Positions 17,310-30,985 of a stretch of 32,000 nt of DNA are shown here, in pieces. Position numbers and translations under genes: made by a program. The notes beneath the pieces are model-generated. The model was given only the letters and a program-made list of their open reading frames with translations, searched no databases and was not told the origin of the DNA. Every line of letters begins with the position of its first letter. Positions within the stretch are counted from its first letter, which is position 1. Origin of the DNA: Vibrio vulnificus CMCP6 (GTDB lineage Bacteria; Pseudomonadota; Gammaproteobacteria; Enterobacterales; Vibrionaceae); assembly GCF_000039765.1 (NCBI RefSeq), contig NC_004459.3, forward strand, positions 540,001-572,000, in the 5' to 3' direction.

Positions 17310-20300
17310 ATGGTAGATAGAGAGCAAAGTTCGCAAGGGCTTTATACTCCCGAGCTAGAGCATGATGCCTGTGGTATCGGTTTTGTCGCTCATCTCAAAA
17401 ACCGCAAATCCCATCAAGTTGTGACTCAAGCTCTAGATATGCTAGCTCGCATGGAACACCGTGGTGGTCAAGGCTGCGATCCATGCAGTGGCGACGGTGC
17501 GGGTATTTTGCTGCAAAAGCCTCACGAATTTTTGTTAGAAGAAGCGGTCAAGCTTGGTATCAAGCTACCTTCTTTTGAGAAATACGGTGTCGGTGTCGTT
17601 TTGTTCCCGAAAGATGAATACAAACGCGAACAATGCCGTGACATCCTAGAACGCAATGCGAAACGCCTTGATTTGGATATCATTGGCTATCGTGTTCTGC
17701 CAACCGACAATTCGATGATTGGCGCCGATCCGCTAAGCACAGAGCCTCAATTTGAGCATGTGTTTATTTCCGGCGGCCCAGGTACCTCACCAGAAGAACT
17801 TGAGCGCAAGCTGTATGTGCTGCGTAACTACACCGTACGCGTTTGCCTTGAGAGCGTTTCGAATATCGGGGATGACTTCTACATCAACTCGATGTCTTAC
17901 AAAACCTTGGTCTATAAAGGTCAGCTAACCACTGAGCAAGTGCCTCAGTATTTCCAAGACCTACAAAACCCGACCATGGTCACCGCACTGGCTCTTGTGC
18001 ACTCTCGTTTCTCTACCAATACTTTCCCGAAATGGCGCTTGGCTCAACCTTTCCGTTACATTGCGCACAACGGTGAAATCAACACGGTTCGCGGCAACCT
18101 TAACTGGATGAAAGCACGCGAAGCGATCTTAGAATCTAAGCTCTTCACGCAAGCAGAGATCGACATGCTATTGCCGATCTGTCAGGAAGGTGCTTCTGAC
18201 TCTGCCAACTTTGACATGGTGTTGGAACTGCTGGTGCTTTCAGGCCGCAGTCTGCCGCACGCGCTGATGATGATGATTCCTGAAGCGTGGCAAGAAAACA
18301 AAGCCATGGATCCAAAACGCCGTGCCTTCTATCAATACCATGCCAACATCATGGAACCGTGGGATGGCCCTGCATCTGTCTGCTTTACCGATGGTGTACA
18401 AGTTGGTGCAACACTAGACCGTAACGGTCTGCGCCCGTCACGCTATACCGTGACAAAAGACAACATGCTGATCATGGCATCCGAATCTGGCGTCGTGGAA
18501 ATCCCACCAGAAAACGTTGAATACCGTGGCCGTTTGCAGCCAGGACGCATCTTCGTCGCCGATCTCGAACAAGGCCGCATCATTTCCGATGAAGAAGTGA
18601 AAGATTCGATTGCCAACGCTCAGCCGTATGAGCAGTGGGTAACGGACAATCTGCTCAGCCTAAAATCGCTGCCAGATGCCGATAACGTACACAGCCAACC
18701 TTCTCCAGAGCGTCTATTGCATCGCCAGCAAGCGTTTGGCATCAGCGCAGAAGAAGTGAATGAGATCATTCTGCCGTTGGCACAAACCGGCTATGAACCC
18801 CTTGGTTCGATGGGGGCTGACTGGCCAGTTGCGATCCTATCGCATCAATCTCAGCATTTAGCTAACTACTTTAAGCAGTTGTTTGCTCAGGTGACTAACC
18901 CGCCGATCGACCCGATCCGTGAACGTATGGTAATGTCACTCAATACCTACATCGGTAAAGATCAGAACCTACTGGCAGAATCGCCGGTTCATTGCCGCAA
19001 AGTAGAACTTGAGTCTCCAGTGATCTCAAACGCTGAGCTCGAAAAACTGCGTGCTATCGACAACGAACACTTACAAGCAAAAACGTTAGATATCGTATTC
19101 CAAGCCAACGAAGACGCTGGCAAACTGGAACGCGCACTCAAACGTATTTGTCAGTACGCGGAAGATGCCGTGATCGACGGTTACTCCATCATTCTATTGA
19201 CTGACCGTGCCGTAAACTCTAACCACGCAGCGATTCCAGCGATGTTAGCAGTGGGTGCGGTTCATCATCACCTGATTCGTAAAGGGCTACGCGCCAAATG
19301 TGGCATCGTAGTGGAAACGGGTGATGCGCGCGAAACACACCATTTCGCCACGCTCGTGGGCTATGGCGCCAATGCGGTGAACCCTTATCTGGTCACTGAA
19401 ACGATCGTTGATCTACAACGTCGTAAAAAGCTGGATGCCAACGTGTCGGTTGAAGAGTACTTCAACAACTACCGTAAAGGGGTCAACGGCGGCCTATTAA
19501 AGATCTTCTCGAAAATGGGTATTTCGACGCTGCAGTCCTACCACGGTGCGCAAATTTTTGAAGCCCTTGGTATCAGCAAAGCGGTGGTCGAAAAATACTT
19601 CACCGGTACCGTTACACGTATTCAAGGTTTGACCTTAGATGACATCGCTAAAGAAGTCTTAGTGCGTCATCGCGTAGGCTACCCAACTCGTGAAATCCCA
19701 ATTCAAATGCTCGATGTGGGTGGTGTTTATCAGTGGAAACAACGTGGTGAAAAACACCTGTTTAACCCTGAAACCATTCACCTGCTGCAACACTCTACTC
19801 GTAACAAAGACTACGCAGAGTTCAAGAAATACGCGGCAGAAGTGGATCGCCAAGGTGACAAAGCCGTTACCCTACGTAGCCAACTTGATTTCGTGAAAAA
19901 TCCTGCGGGTTCAATCCCAATCGATGAAGTGGAACCCGTAGAGAGCATCGTCAAACGTTTCGCCACTGGCGCAATGTCATTTGGCTCTATCTCTTACGAG
20001 GCACACTCGACTCTAGCGGTCGCGATGAACCGTCTCGGCGCGAAATCAAACTCCGGTGAAGGTGGTGAAGATCCAATTCGCTTCTCACCGAATGAAAATG
20101 GCGATTCAGAACGCTCTGCGATTAAACAGGTTGCTTCAGGCCGTTTTGGTGTGACCTCTTACTACCTCACCAACTCTGACGAAATTCAGATCAAAATGGC
20201 ACAAGGGGCAAAACCGGGCGAAGGTGGTCAGCTACCGGGCGACAAAGTCGACGATTGGATTGGTGCAACACGTCACTCCACTCCTGGGGTTGGTTTGATT

Positions 20301-21848
20301 TCGCCACCGCCACACCATGACATCTACTCGATCGAAGATTTGGCTCAGTTGATCTACGACTTGAAAAACGCCAACCGTAAAGGCCGTGTCAACGTTAAGC
20401 TGGTTTCGGAAGCTGGCGTGGGGACAATTGCTTCTGGCGTGGCAAAAGCAAAAGCCGACGTGGTTCTGATTGCCGGTCACGATGGTGGTACCGGTGCTTC
20501 ACCGATTTCGTCGATTCGTCACACCGGTCTACCTTGGGAGCTTGGTCTTGCAGAAACACACCAAACGCTGCTGAAGAACGGCTTACGTAACCGTATCGTA
20601 GTTCAAGCCGATGGCCAGATGAAAACCCCTCGAGACATCGCAATCGCAACGCTATTGGGTGCAGAGGAATGGGGTGTCGCGACTGCTGCCCTCGTGGTTG
20701 AAGGATGTGTCATGATGCGTAAGTGTCATAAAAACACTTGCCCTGTTGGTATTGCAACTCAGAACAAAACGCTACGTGAGCGCTTTGATGGCCGCGTAGA
20801 AGACGTGGTGACCTTCTTCCTCTACATGGCACAAGGCGTGCGTGAAATCATGGCGGAACTTGGCTTCCGTACTGTGGATGAGATGGTGGGTCAGGCGCAA
20901 AAACTCAAAGTACGCGACAACGTTTCTCATTGGAAATACAAGAATTTGGATCTTTCTCCAGTTCTCTTCCTAGAGCAGCCTCGCGAGCAAGATGGCATTT
21001 ACTGTCAAACCAAACAAAACCACCAGCTAGAAGCGGTACTTGATCGTCAATTGATTCAAGTGGCGACACCAGCACTGGAAGACGGTTTGGCGGTAACCGC
21101 GGAATTCCCAATCATCAACACCGATCGCTCTGTGGGTACCATGCTGTCGAACGAAATTTCGAAAGTGTACAAAGACCAAGGTTTACCACAACCAATGAAC
21201 GTCAAGTTCAAAGGTTCTGCTGGCCAATCCTTTGGTGCTTTCCTCGCGAAAGGCGTGACGTTTGAAGTAGAAGGCGATGCGAACGACTACTGGGGCAAAG
21301 GTCTCTCTGGCGGTACGCTGGTGCTCTACCCAGACAGCAACTCTACACTGGTGCCAGAAGACAACATCGTCGTGGGTAACGTTTGTTTCTACGGTGCAAC
21401 ATCCGGTGAATCTTACATTCGTGGCCTGGCTGGCGAGCGCTTCTGTGTTCGTAACTCCGGTGCCAAAGTGGTCGTTGAAGGCGTTGGTGACCACGGCTGT
21501 GAATACATGACCGGTGGTGTCGCAATTATCCTCGGTTCAACAGGTCGCAACTTTGCCGCCGGTATGAGTGGCGGCGTGGCCTACGTTTGGGACAAATCAG
21601 GTGACTTCCAGTCGAAACTGAACCCTGAACTGGTTGACCTCGATCCAATCGAACAAGAAGACAAAGATCTACTGCTGGATATGTTGAACAAACATGTTCA
21701 GTTCACAGGAAGTGAAGTGGCTCAAGCTTTCCTTGCCAATTTTGAAACCAGCTTGAAATCCTTGGTAAAAGTCATGCCACGTGATTACAAAGCGGTACTA
21801 CAAAAACGCAAGGCAGAAGCAAAGCAACGTGAAGCGGAGGCAGTGTAA
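17310..21848 (+). CDS. gltB: Glutamate synthase large subunit, paralogue 1 (non-enterobacterial type)
   Basis: 1512 aa. It has an Ntn amidotransferase Cys after a 20-residue propeptide (EHDA-CGIGF), [12 protein letters not shown], the FMN region GEGGEDP...[13 protein letters not shown], the cluster region [13 protein letters not shown] and a C-terminal GxGxG beta-helix domain. GGAAGGA lies upstream of the ATG. Confidence 0.95.
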   Translation: MVDREQSSQGLYTPELEHDACGIGFVAHLKNRKSHQVVTQALDMLARMEHRGGQGCDPCSGDGAGILLQKPHEFLLEEAVKLGIKLPSFEKYGVGVVLFPKDEYKREQCRDILERNAKRLDLDIIGYRVLPTDNSMIGADPLSTEPQFEHVFISGGPGTSPEELERKLYVLRNYTVRVCLESVSNIGDDFYINSMSYKTLVYKGQLTTEQVPQYFQDLQNPTMVTALALVHSRFSTNTFPKWRLAQPFRYIAHNGEINTVRGNLNWMKAREAILESKLFTQAEIDMLLPICQEGASDSANFDMVLELLVLSGRSLPHALMMMIPEAWQENKAMDPKRRAFYQYHANIMEPWDGPASVCFTDGVQVGATLDRNGLRPSRYTVTKDNMLIMASESGVVEIPPENVEYRGRLQPGRIFVADLEQGRIISDEEVKDSIANAQPYEQWVTDNLLSLKSLPDADNVHSQPSPERLLHRQQAFGISAEEVNEIILPLAQTGYEPLGSMGADWPVAILSHQSQHLANYFKQLFAQVTNPPIDPIRERMVMSLNTYIGKDQNLLAESPVHCRKVELESPVISNAELEKLRAIDNEHLQAKTLDIVFQANEDAGKLERALKRICQYAEDAVIDGYSIILLTDRAVNSNHAAIPAMLAVGAVHHHLIRKGLRAKCGIVVETGDARETHHFATLVGYGANAVNPYLVTETIVDLQRRKKLDANVSVEEYFNNYRKGVNGGLLKIFSKMGISTLQSYHGAQIFEALGISKAVVEKYFTGTVTRIQGLTLDDIAKEVLVRHRVGYPTREIPIQMLDVGGVYQWKQRGEKHLFNPETIHLLQHSTRNKDYAEFKKYAAEVDRQGDKAVTLRSQLDFVKNPAGSIPIDEVEPVESIVKRFATGAMSFGSISYEAHSTLAVAMNRLGAKSNSGEGGEDPIRFSPNENGDSERSAIKQVASGRFGVTSYYLTNSDEIQIKMAQGAKPGEGGQLPGDKVDDWIGATRHSTPGVGLISPPPHHDIYSIEDLAQLIYDLKNANRKGRVNVKLVSEAGVGTIASGVAKAKADVVLIAGHDGGTGASPISSIRHTGLPWELGLAETHQTLLKNGLRNRIVVQADGQMKTPRDIAIATLLGAEEWGVATAALVVEGCVMMRKCHKNTCPVGIATQNKTLRERFDGRVEDVVTFFLYMAQGVREIMAELGFRTVDEMVGQAQKLKVRDNVSHWKYKNLDLSPVLFLEQPREQDGIYCQTKQNHQLEAVLDRQLIQVATPALEDGLAVTAEFPIINTDRSVGTMLSNEISKVYKDQGLPQPMNVKFKGSAGQSFGAFLAKGVTFEVEGDANDYWGKGLSGGTLVLYPDSNSTLVPEDNIVVGNVCFYGATSGESYIRGLAGERFCVRNSGAKVVVEGVGDHGCEYMTGGVAIILGSTGRNFAAGMSGGVAYVWDKSGDFQSKLNPELVDLDPIEQEDKDLLLDMLNKHVQFTGSEVAQAFLANFETSLKSLVKVMPRDYKAVLQKRKAEAKQREAEAV

Positions 21849-23317
21849 TGGGTAAGCCGACTGGATTTTTAGAGTTTGGACGCGAGCTTCCAAAGAAGCT
21901 TGCACCAGCAGAGCGAATCAAAAACAACAAAGAGTTCGTACTCAACGCGGAGTTTGGTAAGAAAATTAATACCCAAGCGTCTCGTTGTATGGACTGTGGT
22001 GTGCCGTTTTGTCACAACGGCTGCCCAATTGGTAACATCATTCCGGAATTTAACGATGCGGTTTATCGCGACAGTTGGGAAGAAGCGTGGAACATTCTAA
22101 GTTCAACCAACAACTTCCCAGAGTTCACCGGACGAGTTTGCCCTGCGCCATGTGAAAGTGCTTGTGTCTTGGGCATCAACCAAGACCCAATCACCATCTG
22201 TAACATTGAGAAAACCATTGTAGAAACGGCGTATCGTGAAGGGTACGCCAAACCTAAAACACCGCGTTCGCGTACAGGTAAGAAAGTCGCGATCATCGGT
22301 TCAGGCCCAGCAGGTTTAGCCGCTGCAGAGCAGCTCAATAGTGCGGGCCATTCGGTGACGGTTTTCGAGCGCGATGAGAAAGTCGGTGGTCTACTGCGTT
22401 TCGGTATCCCAGATTTCAAACTGGGCATGGACATCATTGACCGCAAGATCAATCTCATGGCAGAAGCTGGGGTTGAGTTTAAGGTGAATCAACATGTTGG
22501 TGTGGATGTGAACGCACAGCAAATTCGCCAAGAATACGATGTTGTACTGCTTACTGGCGGCTCGACCGTACCACGCGATCTTCCTGTCCCTGGCCGCGAA
22601 CTGAAAGGCGTTTACTTTGCGATGCAGTTCCTCGCACAAAACAACCGCCGAGCAAATGAAATGGACCTTAAAGGTGAAGAAATTCACGCAGCAGGAAAAC
22701 ATGTTGTCGTGATCGGTGGTGGTGATACTGGTTCAGACTGTGTGGGTACTTCTAACCGTCATGGTGCTGCAAGTGTAACTCAAGTAGAAATCATGCCTGT
22801 GCCACCAGAAAAGCGCCCTGCCAATATGCCTTGGCCGCAATACCCAATGATTCTTCGCACCTCAACTTCGCATGAAGAAGGGGTTGATCGCCATTGGAAT
22901 ATTCTGACCAAAGAGTTCATCGGCAACGACAAAGGTGAAGTCACAGGTCTACGTCTTGCAGACATTGTTTGGCAAGATGCACAACCAGGCGAACGCCCAA
23001 GCTTCAAAGAAGTCGAAGGTAGCGAGCGCGTGATTCCATGTGATATGGCTTTCTTGGCGATGGGTTTCCTTCACCCAGAACCGCATGGTGTACTTGCGCA
23101 GTTGAATGTCGCGCTGGATGAACGCGGTAACGTGGCAACTCAAGATTTCCAGACCAATCAACAAGGCGTATTTGCCGCAGGTGATATGCGTACTGGTCAA
23201 TCTTTGGTGGTGCGCTGTATCAACGAAGGTCGTGAATGTGCACGTGCTATCGACCAATACCTAATGGGCAATACCAATCTGGAAGCAAAAGCCGATTCAC
23301 TCATGCTTTCTGCTTAA
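21848..23317 (+). CDS. gltD: Glutamate synthase small subunit, paralogue 1 (Bacillus-type, 489 aa)
   Basis: It begins [10 protein letters not shown]. It has Cys clusters CMDCGVPFCHNGCP and GRVCPAPCESAC, and dinucleotide folds [14 protein letters not shown] and VVVIGGGDTGSDC. Its start overlaps the gltB-1 stop (TAATG). Confidence 0.94.
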   Translation: MGKPTGFLEFGRELPKKLAPAERIKNNKEFVLNAEFGKKINTQASRCMDCGVPFCHNGCPIGNIIPEFNDAVYRDSWEEAWNILSSTNNFPEFTGRVCPAPCESACVLGINQDPITICNIEKTIVETAYREGYAKPKTPRSRTGKKVAIIGSGPAGLAAAEQLNSAGHSVTVFERDEKVGGLLRFGIPDFKLGMDIIDRKINLMAEAGVEFKVNQHVGVDVNAQQIRQEYDVVLLTGGSTVPRDLPVPGRELKGVYFAMQFLAQNNRRANEMDLKGEEIHAAGKHVVVIGGGDTGSDCVGTSNRHGAASVTQVEIMPVPPEKRPANMPWPQYPMILRTSTSHEEGVDRHWNILTKEFIGNDKGEVTGLRLADIVWQDAQPGERPSFKEVEGSERVIPCDMAFLAMGFLHPEPHGVLAQLNVALDERGNVATQDFQTNQQGVFAAGDMRTGQSLVVRCINEGRECARAIDQYLMGNTNLEAKADSLMLSA

Positions 23318-23325
23318 TTGCCTAC

Positions 23326-23365
23326 TCTTTACTCGGAGCGGTCAAGAAACCTATCCGAGTAAAGA
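23326..23365 (+). other. Long hairpin in the gltD-1 3' UTR
   Basis: A 12-bp perfect stem TCTTTACTCGGA/TCCGAGTAAAGA (23326-23337 with 23354-23365) with a 16-nt loop, starting 9 nt after the stop codon. Confidence 0.6.
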
Positions 23366-23398
23366 AAGATAATCCAATCCTTCCAAACTTTTTCTTTT

Positions 23399-23425
23399 GA
23401 CCAGCATTTTATGCTGGTCTTTTTT
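23399..23425 (+). terminator. Rho-independent terminator of gltBD operon 1
   Basis: A 9-bp stem GACCAGCAT/ATGCTGGTC with loop TTT, followed by a T-run at 23420-23425. Confidence 0.85.
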
Positions 23426-23746
23426 CTTCTCCAGACTTCATTTATGTTGCAAAATTGTAACAATAAAAAATCTATCTTTTTGAATTTAAACACCTTATTT
23501 AGACCATTACGTGGTAAATCGCATATTGACGTGATTATTCACTAACAACTTGACCTTTTTCACAATAACCTATACGTTGTGAATTCAGTGCAACATAAAG
23601 CCTCATTTATTGTTAAGAATTTAGAACGTTTTTATTGCATAAACATACAAATACGAATAATTAGAACGCATAGTTAGTCATACATACCAGCATAAACTGT
23701 GTTGGTATTTCTGTCTGGAAGACAGAGAAGCAAAGGGAGAATTGCA

Positions 23747-26700
23747 ATGGCTCTTTATGATCCAAGTTTAGAGAAGGACAACTGTGGTTTTGGTCTTATC
23801 GCACACATGGAAGGTGAGCCTAGCCATAAGCTGGTCCGTACCGCGATTTCAGCACTTGATCGCATGACACACCGCGGTGGTATCGCTGCCGATGGAAAAA
23901 CCGGTGACGGTTGTGGACTATTACTTCAGAAACCCGACTCTTATTTACGTCTTATCGCCAAAGAAAATAGCTTCAATTTAGCGAAGCAGTATGCGATTGG
24001 TATGATCTTCTTCAGTCAAGATCCCGTTAAGGCGCAAACCGCTCGCGATATCATCAACAAAGAACTCGCCAAAGAGACACTCACGGTCGCAGGTTGGCGC
24101 AAAGTGCCAACCAATCCAGCGGTACTTGGTCCCATTGCCGCGGATTCTTTACCCGATATTCAACAAGTGTTCATTTCAGCTCCCGCTGGCTGGCGTGAGC
24201 GAGATATCGAGCGACGCTTGTATATTGCTCGCCGCCGTATTGAAAAACAGATCACTGACGATAGAGATTTCTACGTTTGTAGCTTATCAACACAAGTGAT
24301 TGTCTATAAAGGCTTGTGTATGCCAGCGGATCTGCCGCGTTTCTATTTGGATCTCGCGGATCTGCGGATGGAGTCAGCTATCTGTTTGTTCCATCAACGT
24401 TTCTCAACCAACACTCAACCACGTTGGCCGCTCGCTCAACCGTTCCGCTACTTAGCACACAATGGTGAGATCAATACCATTGAAGGCAACCGCCAATGGG
24501 CTCGCGCTCGTGGCTATAAATTTGCGTCGCCACTTCTGCCTGATCTGCAAAGCGCTGCACCATTTGTTAACGAAACGGGCTCGGACTCCTCCAGCTTAGA
24601 CAATATGCTGGATCTCTTCCTTGCTGGCGGTATGGATATCTTCCGTGCCATGCGCATGTTGGTGCCGCCTGCATGGCAAAACCACCCAGATATGGATCCA
24701 GACCTACGTGCCTTCTACGATTTCAACTCCAAACACATGGAGCCTTGGGATGGTCCTGCTGGTATCGTACTTTCTGATGGACGCTACGCCGCCTGTAACC
24801 TCGACCGCAACGGCCTACGCCCAGCTCGCTATGTGATCACCAAAGACAAGTTGATCACCCTAGCCTCAGAAGTGGGCATTTGGGATTACGCACCGGATGA
24901 AGTGGCGGAGAAAGGTCGCGTTGGTCCCGGCGAGCTGTTGGTGATTGATACCCGTAAAGGCAAGTTGTGGCAATCGAGCGAGATCGATAACGATCTCAAG
25001 AGCCGCCATCCTTACCGCGAATGGATGGACAACAACGTTCGCCGCCTTACACCATTTTCTGAACTACCTGAAGATCAAGTGGGTGAACGCAGCTTTGATA
25101 GTGACACACTAAAAACCTATCAAAAGCAGTTTGCGATGAGCAATGAAGAAGTCGATCAAGTACTGCGCGTGTTGGGTGATATGGCGCAAGAAGCCGTCGG
25201 CTCTATGGGCGATGACACCCCGATGGCCGTCTTGTCTTCAAAAGAGCGACTCGTGACGGACTATTTCCGTCAGAAATTTGCTCAGGTCACCAACCCACCG
25301 ATTGATCCATTGCGCGAACAGCACGTCATGTCATTGGCCACCAGCATCGGCCAAGAGATGAACGTCTTTTGTGAAACAGACGGGCACGCTCACCGCGTGA
25401 CATTCGGTTCTCCGGTGCTGCTCTATTCCGATATGCAGCAACTACTTGAGCTGAGCGATGACCACTATCGCAACACCATTTTGGACATCAACTACGATCC
25501 AAGTGAAAAAGATCTCAAGCAAGCGATATTGGATCTCTGCGATCAAGCAGAGCAAGTTGTCCGTGATGGCACGGTTTTGATTGTGCTTTCTGACCGCCCT
25601 TTAGTGGCAGGTAAACTGCCAATCCCAGCAGCCATGGCGGTGGGTGCGGTACAAACTCGTCTCGTCAACGCCAACTTGCGTTGTGATGCCAACATCGTGG
25701 TGGAAACAGCGACCGCGCGTGACCCTCATCAATTTGCTGTGTTGCTCGGCTTTGGTGCAACCGCAGTTTACCCCTACCTTGCCTATGAAGTGCTAGGGAA
25801 ATTGATCGACGATGGCGCACTCGAAAAAAGCTATCGCGAGGTGATGCAAAACTATCAATATGGCATCAATAAAGGTCTGTATAAGATCATGTCGAAGATG
25901 GGCATCTCCACCGTTGCTTCTTACCGCTGTTCTCAACTTTTTGAAGCGGTTGGTTTGAGCCGTGATGTAGTGGAGTTGTGCTTTAAAGGCGTAACCACCC
26001 GCATTGAAGGCGCTGGGTTTACGGACTTCCAACAAGATCTCTTTAACCTCTCTCGCAAGGCATGGGCAAAACGTAAATCGATCGAACATGGCGGCTTACT
26101 CAAATACGTACACGGTGGTGAGTACCACGCCTACAACCCTGATGTTGTTGGCACGTTACAAAAAGCGGTGAAATCGGGAGAAAGCGGTGATTATCAGCAG
26201 TTCGCTCAACAAGTGAATCAGCGCCCTGTCGCCATGCTGCGCGATTTAATGCAACTGAAAAAAGCGGACCAGCCACTTGCGTTAGAAAAAATTGAACCCA
26301 GTACCGAACTGTTTAAGCGCTTTGATTCTGCGGCGATGTCGATTGGTGCATTAAGCCCAGAAGCACATGAAGCGTTGGCAACCGCCATGAACCGTTTGGG
26401 CGGTTACTCCAACTCGGGCGAAGGGGGCGAAGATCCACGTCGCTTTGGCACCGAGCGTAACTCGCGCATTAAGCAAGTTGCCTCTGGCCGTTTTGGCGTC
26501 ACGCCGCACTACCTCACCAACGCTGATGTACTGCAAATCAAGGTCGCTCAAGGTGCAAAACCAGGCGAAGGCGGTCAGTTACCTGGCCACAAAGTCACTG
26601 CCGAGATTGCTAAGCTGCGTTATTCCGTGCAAGGCGTGACACTTATCTCGCCACCACCGCATCACGACATCTATTCGATTGAAGACTTAGCGCAATTGAT

Positions 26701-28210
26701 TTTTGACTTGAAACAGGTCAACCCGAAAGCACTGGTTTCCGTCAAATTGGTGTCTGAGCCAGGCGTCGGCACCATCGCCACCGGCGTTGCCAAAGCCTAT
26801 GCCGATCTCATCACCATCTCTGGCTATGATGGCGGTACTGCTGCCAGCCCACTGACCTCAGTAAAATACGCCGGCAGTCCATGGGAACTGGGCCTAGCTG
26901 AAACGCAACAAGCCCTAGTGGCCAATGGCCTACGCCATAAAATTCGTCTTCAAGTGGATGGTGGTTTGAAAACGGGCTTGGATGTGGTGAAAGGAGCGAT
27001 TCTAGGTGCCGAAAGCTTTGGCTTTGGTACGGCTCCAATGGTGGCAATGGGTTGTAAGTTCCTGCGCATCTGCCACCTCAACAACTGCGCGACTGGTGTA
27101 GCAACACAAGACGAAACTCTGCGTAAAGAGTACTTCAAAGGCTTGCCAGAAATGGTGATGAACTATTTCATCGGCTTGGCTGATGAAGTACGAGGCTTGC
27201 TCGCTGAACTGGGCGTTGAAAAGCTCACCGACTTGATTGGCCGCACCGATCTGCTCGAAGTGGTGCAAGGCATGACCGCCAAGCAGTCCAAGCTTGATCT
27301 GTCAGGCATTCTTGAAGCACCGGTGTCACCGCAGAATCTACCTCTGTTCTGGACAGAACCCAATGCACCATTTGATAAAGCAGTGCTAAACCAAAAGATC
27401 ATTGAAGATGCGCTTGATGCGGTTGAGAACCGTCAATCTGCCAGCTTCTTCTACAACGTGATCAATACCGATCGTTCGATTGGCGCACGCCTTTCCGGTG
27501 AAATCGCCAAGCGTTATGGCAACCAAGGCATGGCTGCATCGCCCATTAAACTCTACCTCGATGGTACCGCTGGCCAATCTTTTGGCGTGTGGAACGCAGG
27601 TGGCGTCGAGCTTTATCTCACTGGTGATGCCAATGACTACGTCGGCAAAGGCATGGCGGGCGGTAAGATTGTCATCAAACCGCACTTAGGCACTGCCTTC
27701 CGTTGTAACGATGCGACCATTATCGGCAACACCTGTCTCTATGGCGCAACAGGCGGAAAACTGTTTGCCGCAGGTAAAGCGGGTGAACGCTTTGGTGTAC
27801 GTAACTCTGGCACCATCACCGTGATTGAAGGCGCGGGCGACAACGCTTGTGAATACATGACCGGCGGCATCGTGGCCATTCTTGGCGCGACTGGGGTTAA
27901 CTTCGGCGCGGGGATGACAGGTGGCTTTGCTTACGTTCTGGATGAGAATGAAGATTTCCAAGGCCGTGTTAACAGTGAATCGGTTGAAGCAATTTCGCTT
28001 TCTGATCTTTATATCCACCAAGAACATCTACGCGGTTTGATCGCCGAGCATCTGGAAGAGACCGGCTCCGTTCACGCCGAAGATATTCTGGCCAACTTTG
28101 ACGCATGGATACCGAAGTTCTACTTGGTGAAACCGAAAGCAGCGGATCTTAACACCCTGCTTGGCCACCAAAGCCGCAGTGCGGCAGAACTTCGCGTGCA
28201 GGCCCAGTAA
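23747..28210 (+). CDS. gltB: Glutamate synthase large subunit, paralogue 2 (enterobacterial type)
   Basis: Collinear with E. coli GltB from [18 protein letters not shown] onward through [14 protein letters not shown] to the C-terminal [17 protein letters not shown]. The ATG at 23747 has AGGGAGA 6 nt upstream. The 16 extra codons of the track ORF (GTG at 23699) span a hairpin (23710-23726) and were discarded. Confidence 0.95.
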   Translation: MALYDPSLEKDNCGFGLIAHMEGEPSHKLVRTAISALDRMTHRGGIAADGKTGDGCGLLLQKPDSYLRLIAKENSFNLAKQYAIGMIFFSQDPVKAQTARDIINKELAKETLTVAGWRKVPTNPAVLGPIAADSLPDIQQVFISAPAGWRERDIERRLYIARRRIEKQITDDRDFYVCSLSTQVIVYKGLCMPADLPRFYLDLADLRMESAICLFHQRFSTNTQPRWPLAQPFRYLAHNGEINTIEGNRQWARARGYKFASPLLPDLQSAAPFVNETGSDSSSLDNMLDLFLAGGMDIFRAMRMLVPPAWQNHPDMDPDLRAFYDFNSKHMEPWDGPAGIVLSDGRYAACNLDRNGLRPARYVITKDKLITLASEVGIWDYAPDEVAEKGRVGPGELLVIDTRKGKLWQSSEIDNDLKSRHPYREWMDNNVRRLTPFSELPEDQVGERSFDSDTLKTYQKQFAMSNEEVDQVLRVLGDMAQEAVGSMGDDTPMAVLSSKERLVTDYFRQKFAQVTNPPIDPLREQHVMSLATSIGQEMNVFCETDGHAHRVTFGSPVLLYSDMQQLLELSDDHYRNTILDINYDPSEKDLKQAILDLCDQAEQVVRDGTVLIVLSDRPLVAGKLPIPAAMAVGAVQTRLVNANLRCDANIVVETATARDPHQFAVLLGFGATAVYPYLAYEVLGKLIDDGALEKSYREVMQNYQYGINKGLYKIMSKMGISTVASYRCSQLFEAVGLSRDVVELCFKGVTTRIEGAGFTDFQQDLFNLSRKAWAKRKSIEHGGLLKYVHGGEYHAYNPDVVGTLQKAVKSGESGDYQQFAQQVNQRPVAMLRDLMQLKKADQPLALEKIEPSTELFKRFDSAAMSIGALSPEAHEALATAMNRLGGYSNSGEGGEDPRRFGTERNSRIKQVASGRFGVTPHYLTNADVLQIKVAQGAKPGEGGQLPGHKVTAEIAKLRYSVQGVTLISPPPHHDIYSIEDLAQLIFDLKQVNPKALVSVKLVSEPGVGTIATGVAKAYADLITISGYDGGTAASPLTSVKYAGSPWELGLAETQQALVANGLRHKIRLQVDGGLKTGLDVVKGAILGAESFGFGTAPMVAMGCKFLRICHLNNCATGVATQDETLRKEYFKGLPEMVMNYFIGLADEVRGLLAELGVEKLTDLIGRTDLLEVVQGMTAKQSKLDLSGILEAPVSPQNLPLFWTEPNAPFDKAVLNQKIIEDALDAVENRQSASFFYNVINTDRSIGARLSGEIAKRYGNQGMAASPIKLYLDGTAGQSFGVWNAGGVELYLTGDANDYVGKGMAGGKIVIKPHLGTAFRCNDATIIGNTCLYGATGGKLFAAGKAGERFGVRNSGTITVIEGAGDNACEYMTGGIVAILGATGVNFGAGMTGGFAYVLDENEDFQGRVNSESVEAISLSDLYIHQEHLRGLIAEHLEETGSVHAEDILANFDAWIPKFYLVKPKAADLNTLLGHQSRSAAELRVQAQ

Positions 28211-29641
<1,431 letters not shown>

Positions 29642-29663
29642 TATCTATCGGTGTGTTATGAGA

Positions 29664-29691
29664 GGTTGGTGAGCGATCATCAACCTTTTTT
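29664..29691 (+). terminator. Rho-independent terminator of gltBD operon 2
   Basis: Stem GGTTGGTGA/TCATCAACC (one G-U pair) with loop GCGA, followed by TTTTTT at 29686-29691. Confidence 0.8.
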
Positions 29692-29753
29692 CTTTTAGAC
29701 TTAATGTTTAGGATCTGCGGATAACGCCCTTTTGGGAACAGTAGGTGTACAGG

Positions 29754-30182
29754 ATGAAAAAACTCATTTTAACGATTTGCGCCACCTTAGCCCTGACCGC
29801 TTGCAGCAATGGAGCTTACACAATGACCGATCGAACTTCTCAGCCTTGTGGCAATAAACCCAACTGTGTGTCGACACAAGATGAGCGCGCGAGTTTCCAA
29901 CTCGACCCTTTTAAGCTCACATCCAACGCCACCTTAGATCAAATAGAGCAAGTTGCCCTTGAACTTCCTGGCGCAAAAGTGGCGGATAAAACGGAACACT
30001 ACTTAAGAGTAGAATGCACCTCACGACTGTTTCGCTTTGTTGATGATCTTGAACTCAAAATCGTCGATGGCCAATTGCTCGTCCGTTCAGAGTCACGCGT
30101 TGGTTACTCCGATCTTGGCGTCAATCGCAAGCGCGCAGAGCAATTAAGAAGCTTACTGACTGAGGCGGGTTTCATTAAGTAA
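29754..30182 (+). CDS. Lipoprotein, DUF1499-like
   Basis: MKKLILTICATLALTA-C carries a lipobox. The PNCVST motif (GNKPNCVSTQD) is as I recall for DUF1499. The ATG at 29754 is preferred over the track GTG at 29745. Confidence 0.6.
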   Translation: MKKLILTICATLALTACSNGAYTMTDRTSQPCGNKPNCVSTQDERASFQLDPFKLTSNATLDQIEQVALELPGAKVADKTEHYLRVECTSRLFRFVDDLELKIVDGQLLVRSESRVGYSDLGVNRKRAEQLRSLLTEAGFIK

Positions 30183-30278
30183 AGGCAAAGGGTAAACAAC
30201 AAGCGAAAGTACTTATTGTGACAGAGCTTTGCTATACTCTCGCCAATTCTATGTTTGTTTAAAAATTAAGAGATTGAT

Positions 30279-30974
30279 ATGAAAGTCGGTATTATCGGTG
30301 CCATGCAACAAGAAGTGGCCATCCTTAAAGAAGCAATGACCAACGCACAAACCGTAAATAAAGCAGGTTGCACCTTCTATTCAGGTCAAATCAATGGTGT
30401 TGAGGTTGTGCTACTGCAATCCGGCATTGGTAAAGTTGCTGCCGCGATTGGCACCACTATCCTTCTCGATGAATATCAACCTGATATGGTGCTCAACACC
30501 GGTTCTGCAGGTGGTTTTGATTCCAGCTTAAATCTTGGTGATGTGGTCATTTCGACTGAAGTCCGTCATCACGATGCTGACGTGACGGCATTTGGCTATG
30601 AAATGGGCCAAATGGCAGGTCAACCAGCCGCTTTCCTCGCTGATGAAAAATTGATGAACTTGGCTGAAAAAGCGTTAGAGCAAATGGATGGACAACACGC
30701 GGTTCGTGGTCTCATCTGTACTGGTGATGCATTCGTTTGTACCGCTGAGCGTCAAGCCTTTATCCGTCAACACTTCCCATCCGTGATTGCAGTTGAAATG
30801 GAAGCGTCTGCGATTGCACAAACTTGTTACCAATTCAAAGTGCCGTTTGTAGTCGTACGTGCAATTTCAGATGTGGCAGACAAAGAATCACCAATGAGCT
30901 TTGAAGAGTTCTTACCTTTGGCAGCCAAGAGCTCGTCAGAAATGGTCTTCAAAATGTTGGAACTGCTGAAGTAA
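30279..30974 (+). CDS. mtnN: 5'-methylthioadenosine / S-adenosylhomocysteine nucleosidase
   Basis: Collinear with E. coli Pfs/MtnN (MKxGIIGAMxxEV, [45 protein letters not shown]). Confidence 0.95.
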   Translation: MKVGIIGAMQQEVAILKEAMTNAQTVNKAGCTFYSGQINGVEVVLLQSGIGKVAAAIGTTILLDEYQPDMVLNTGSAGGFDSSLNLGDVVISTEVRHHDADVTAFGYEMGQMAGQPAAFLADEKLMNLAEKALEQMDGQHAVRGLICTGDAFVCTAERQAFIRQHFPSVIAVEMEASAIAQTCYQFKVPFVVVRAISDVADKESPMSFEEFLPLAAKSSSEMVFKMLELLK

Positions 30975-30985
30975 TCGCCATATCT

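Noticed and set aside
23621-23668. Direct repeat TTAGAACG at exactly 40-bp spacing in the gltB-2 upstream region.
   Set aside because: A single 8-mer recurring once within an AT-rich spacer of about 320 bp is roughly what chance predicts. It matches no motif I know.
29642-30985. Cobalamin riboswitch or B12 box upstream of the mtnN-cobD-btuF unit.
   Set aside because: The spacers are too short, and I found no B12-box-like conserved core by eye. A covariance-model scan would be decisive.
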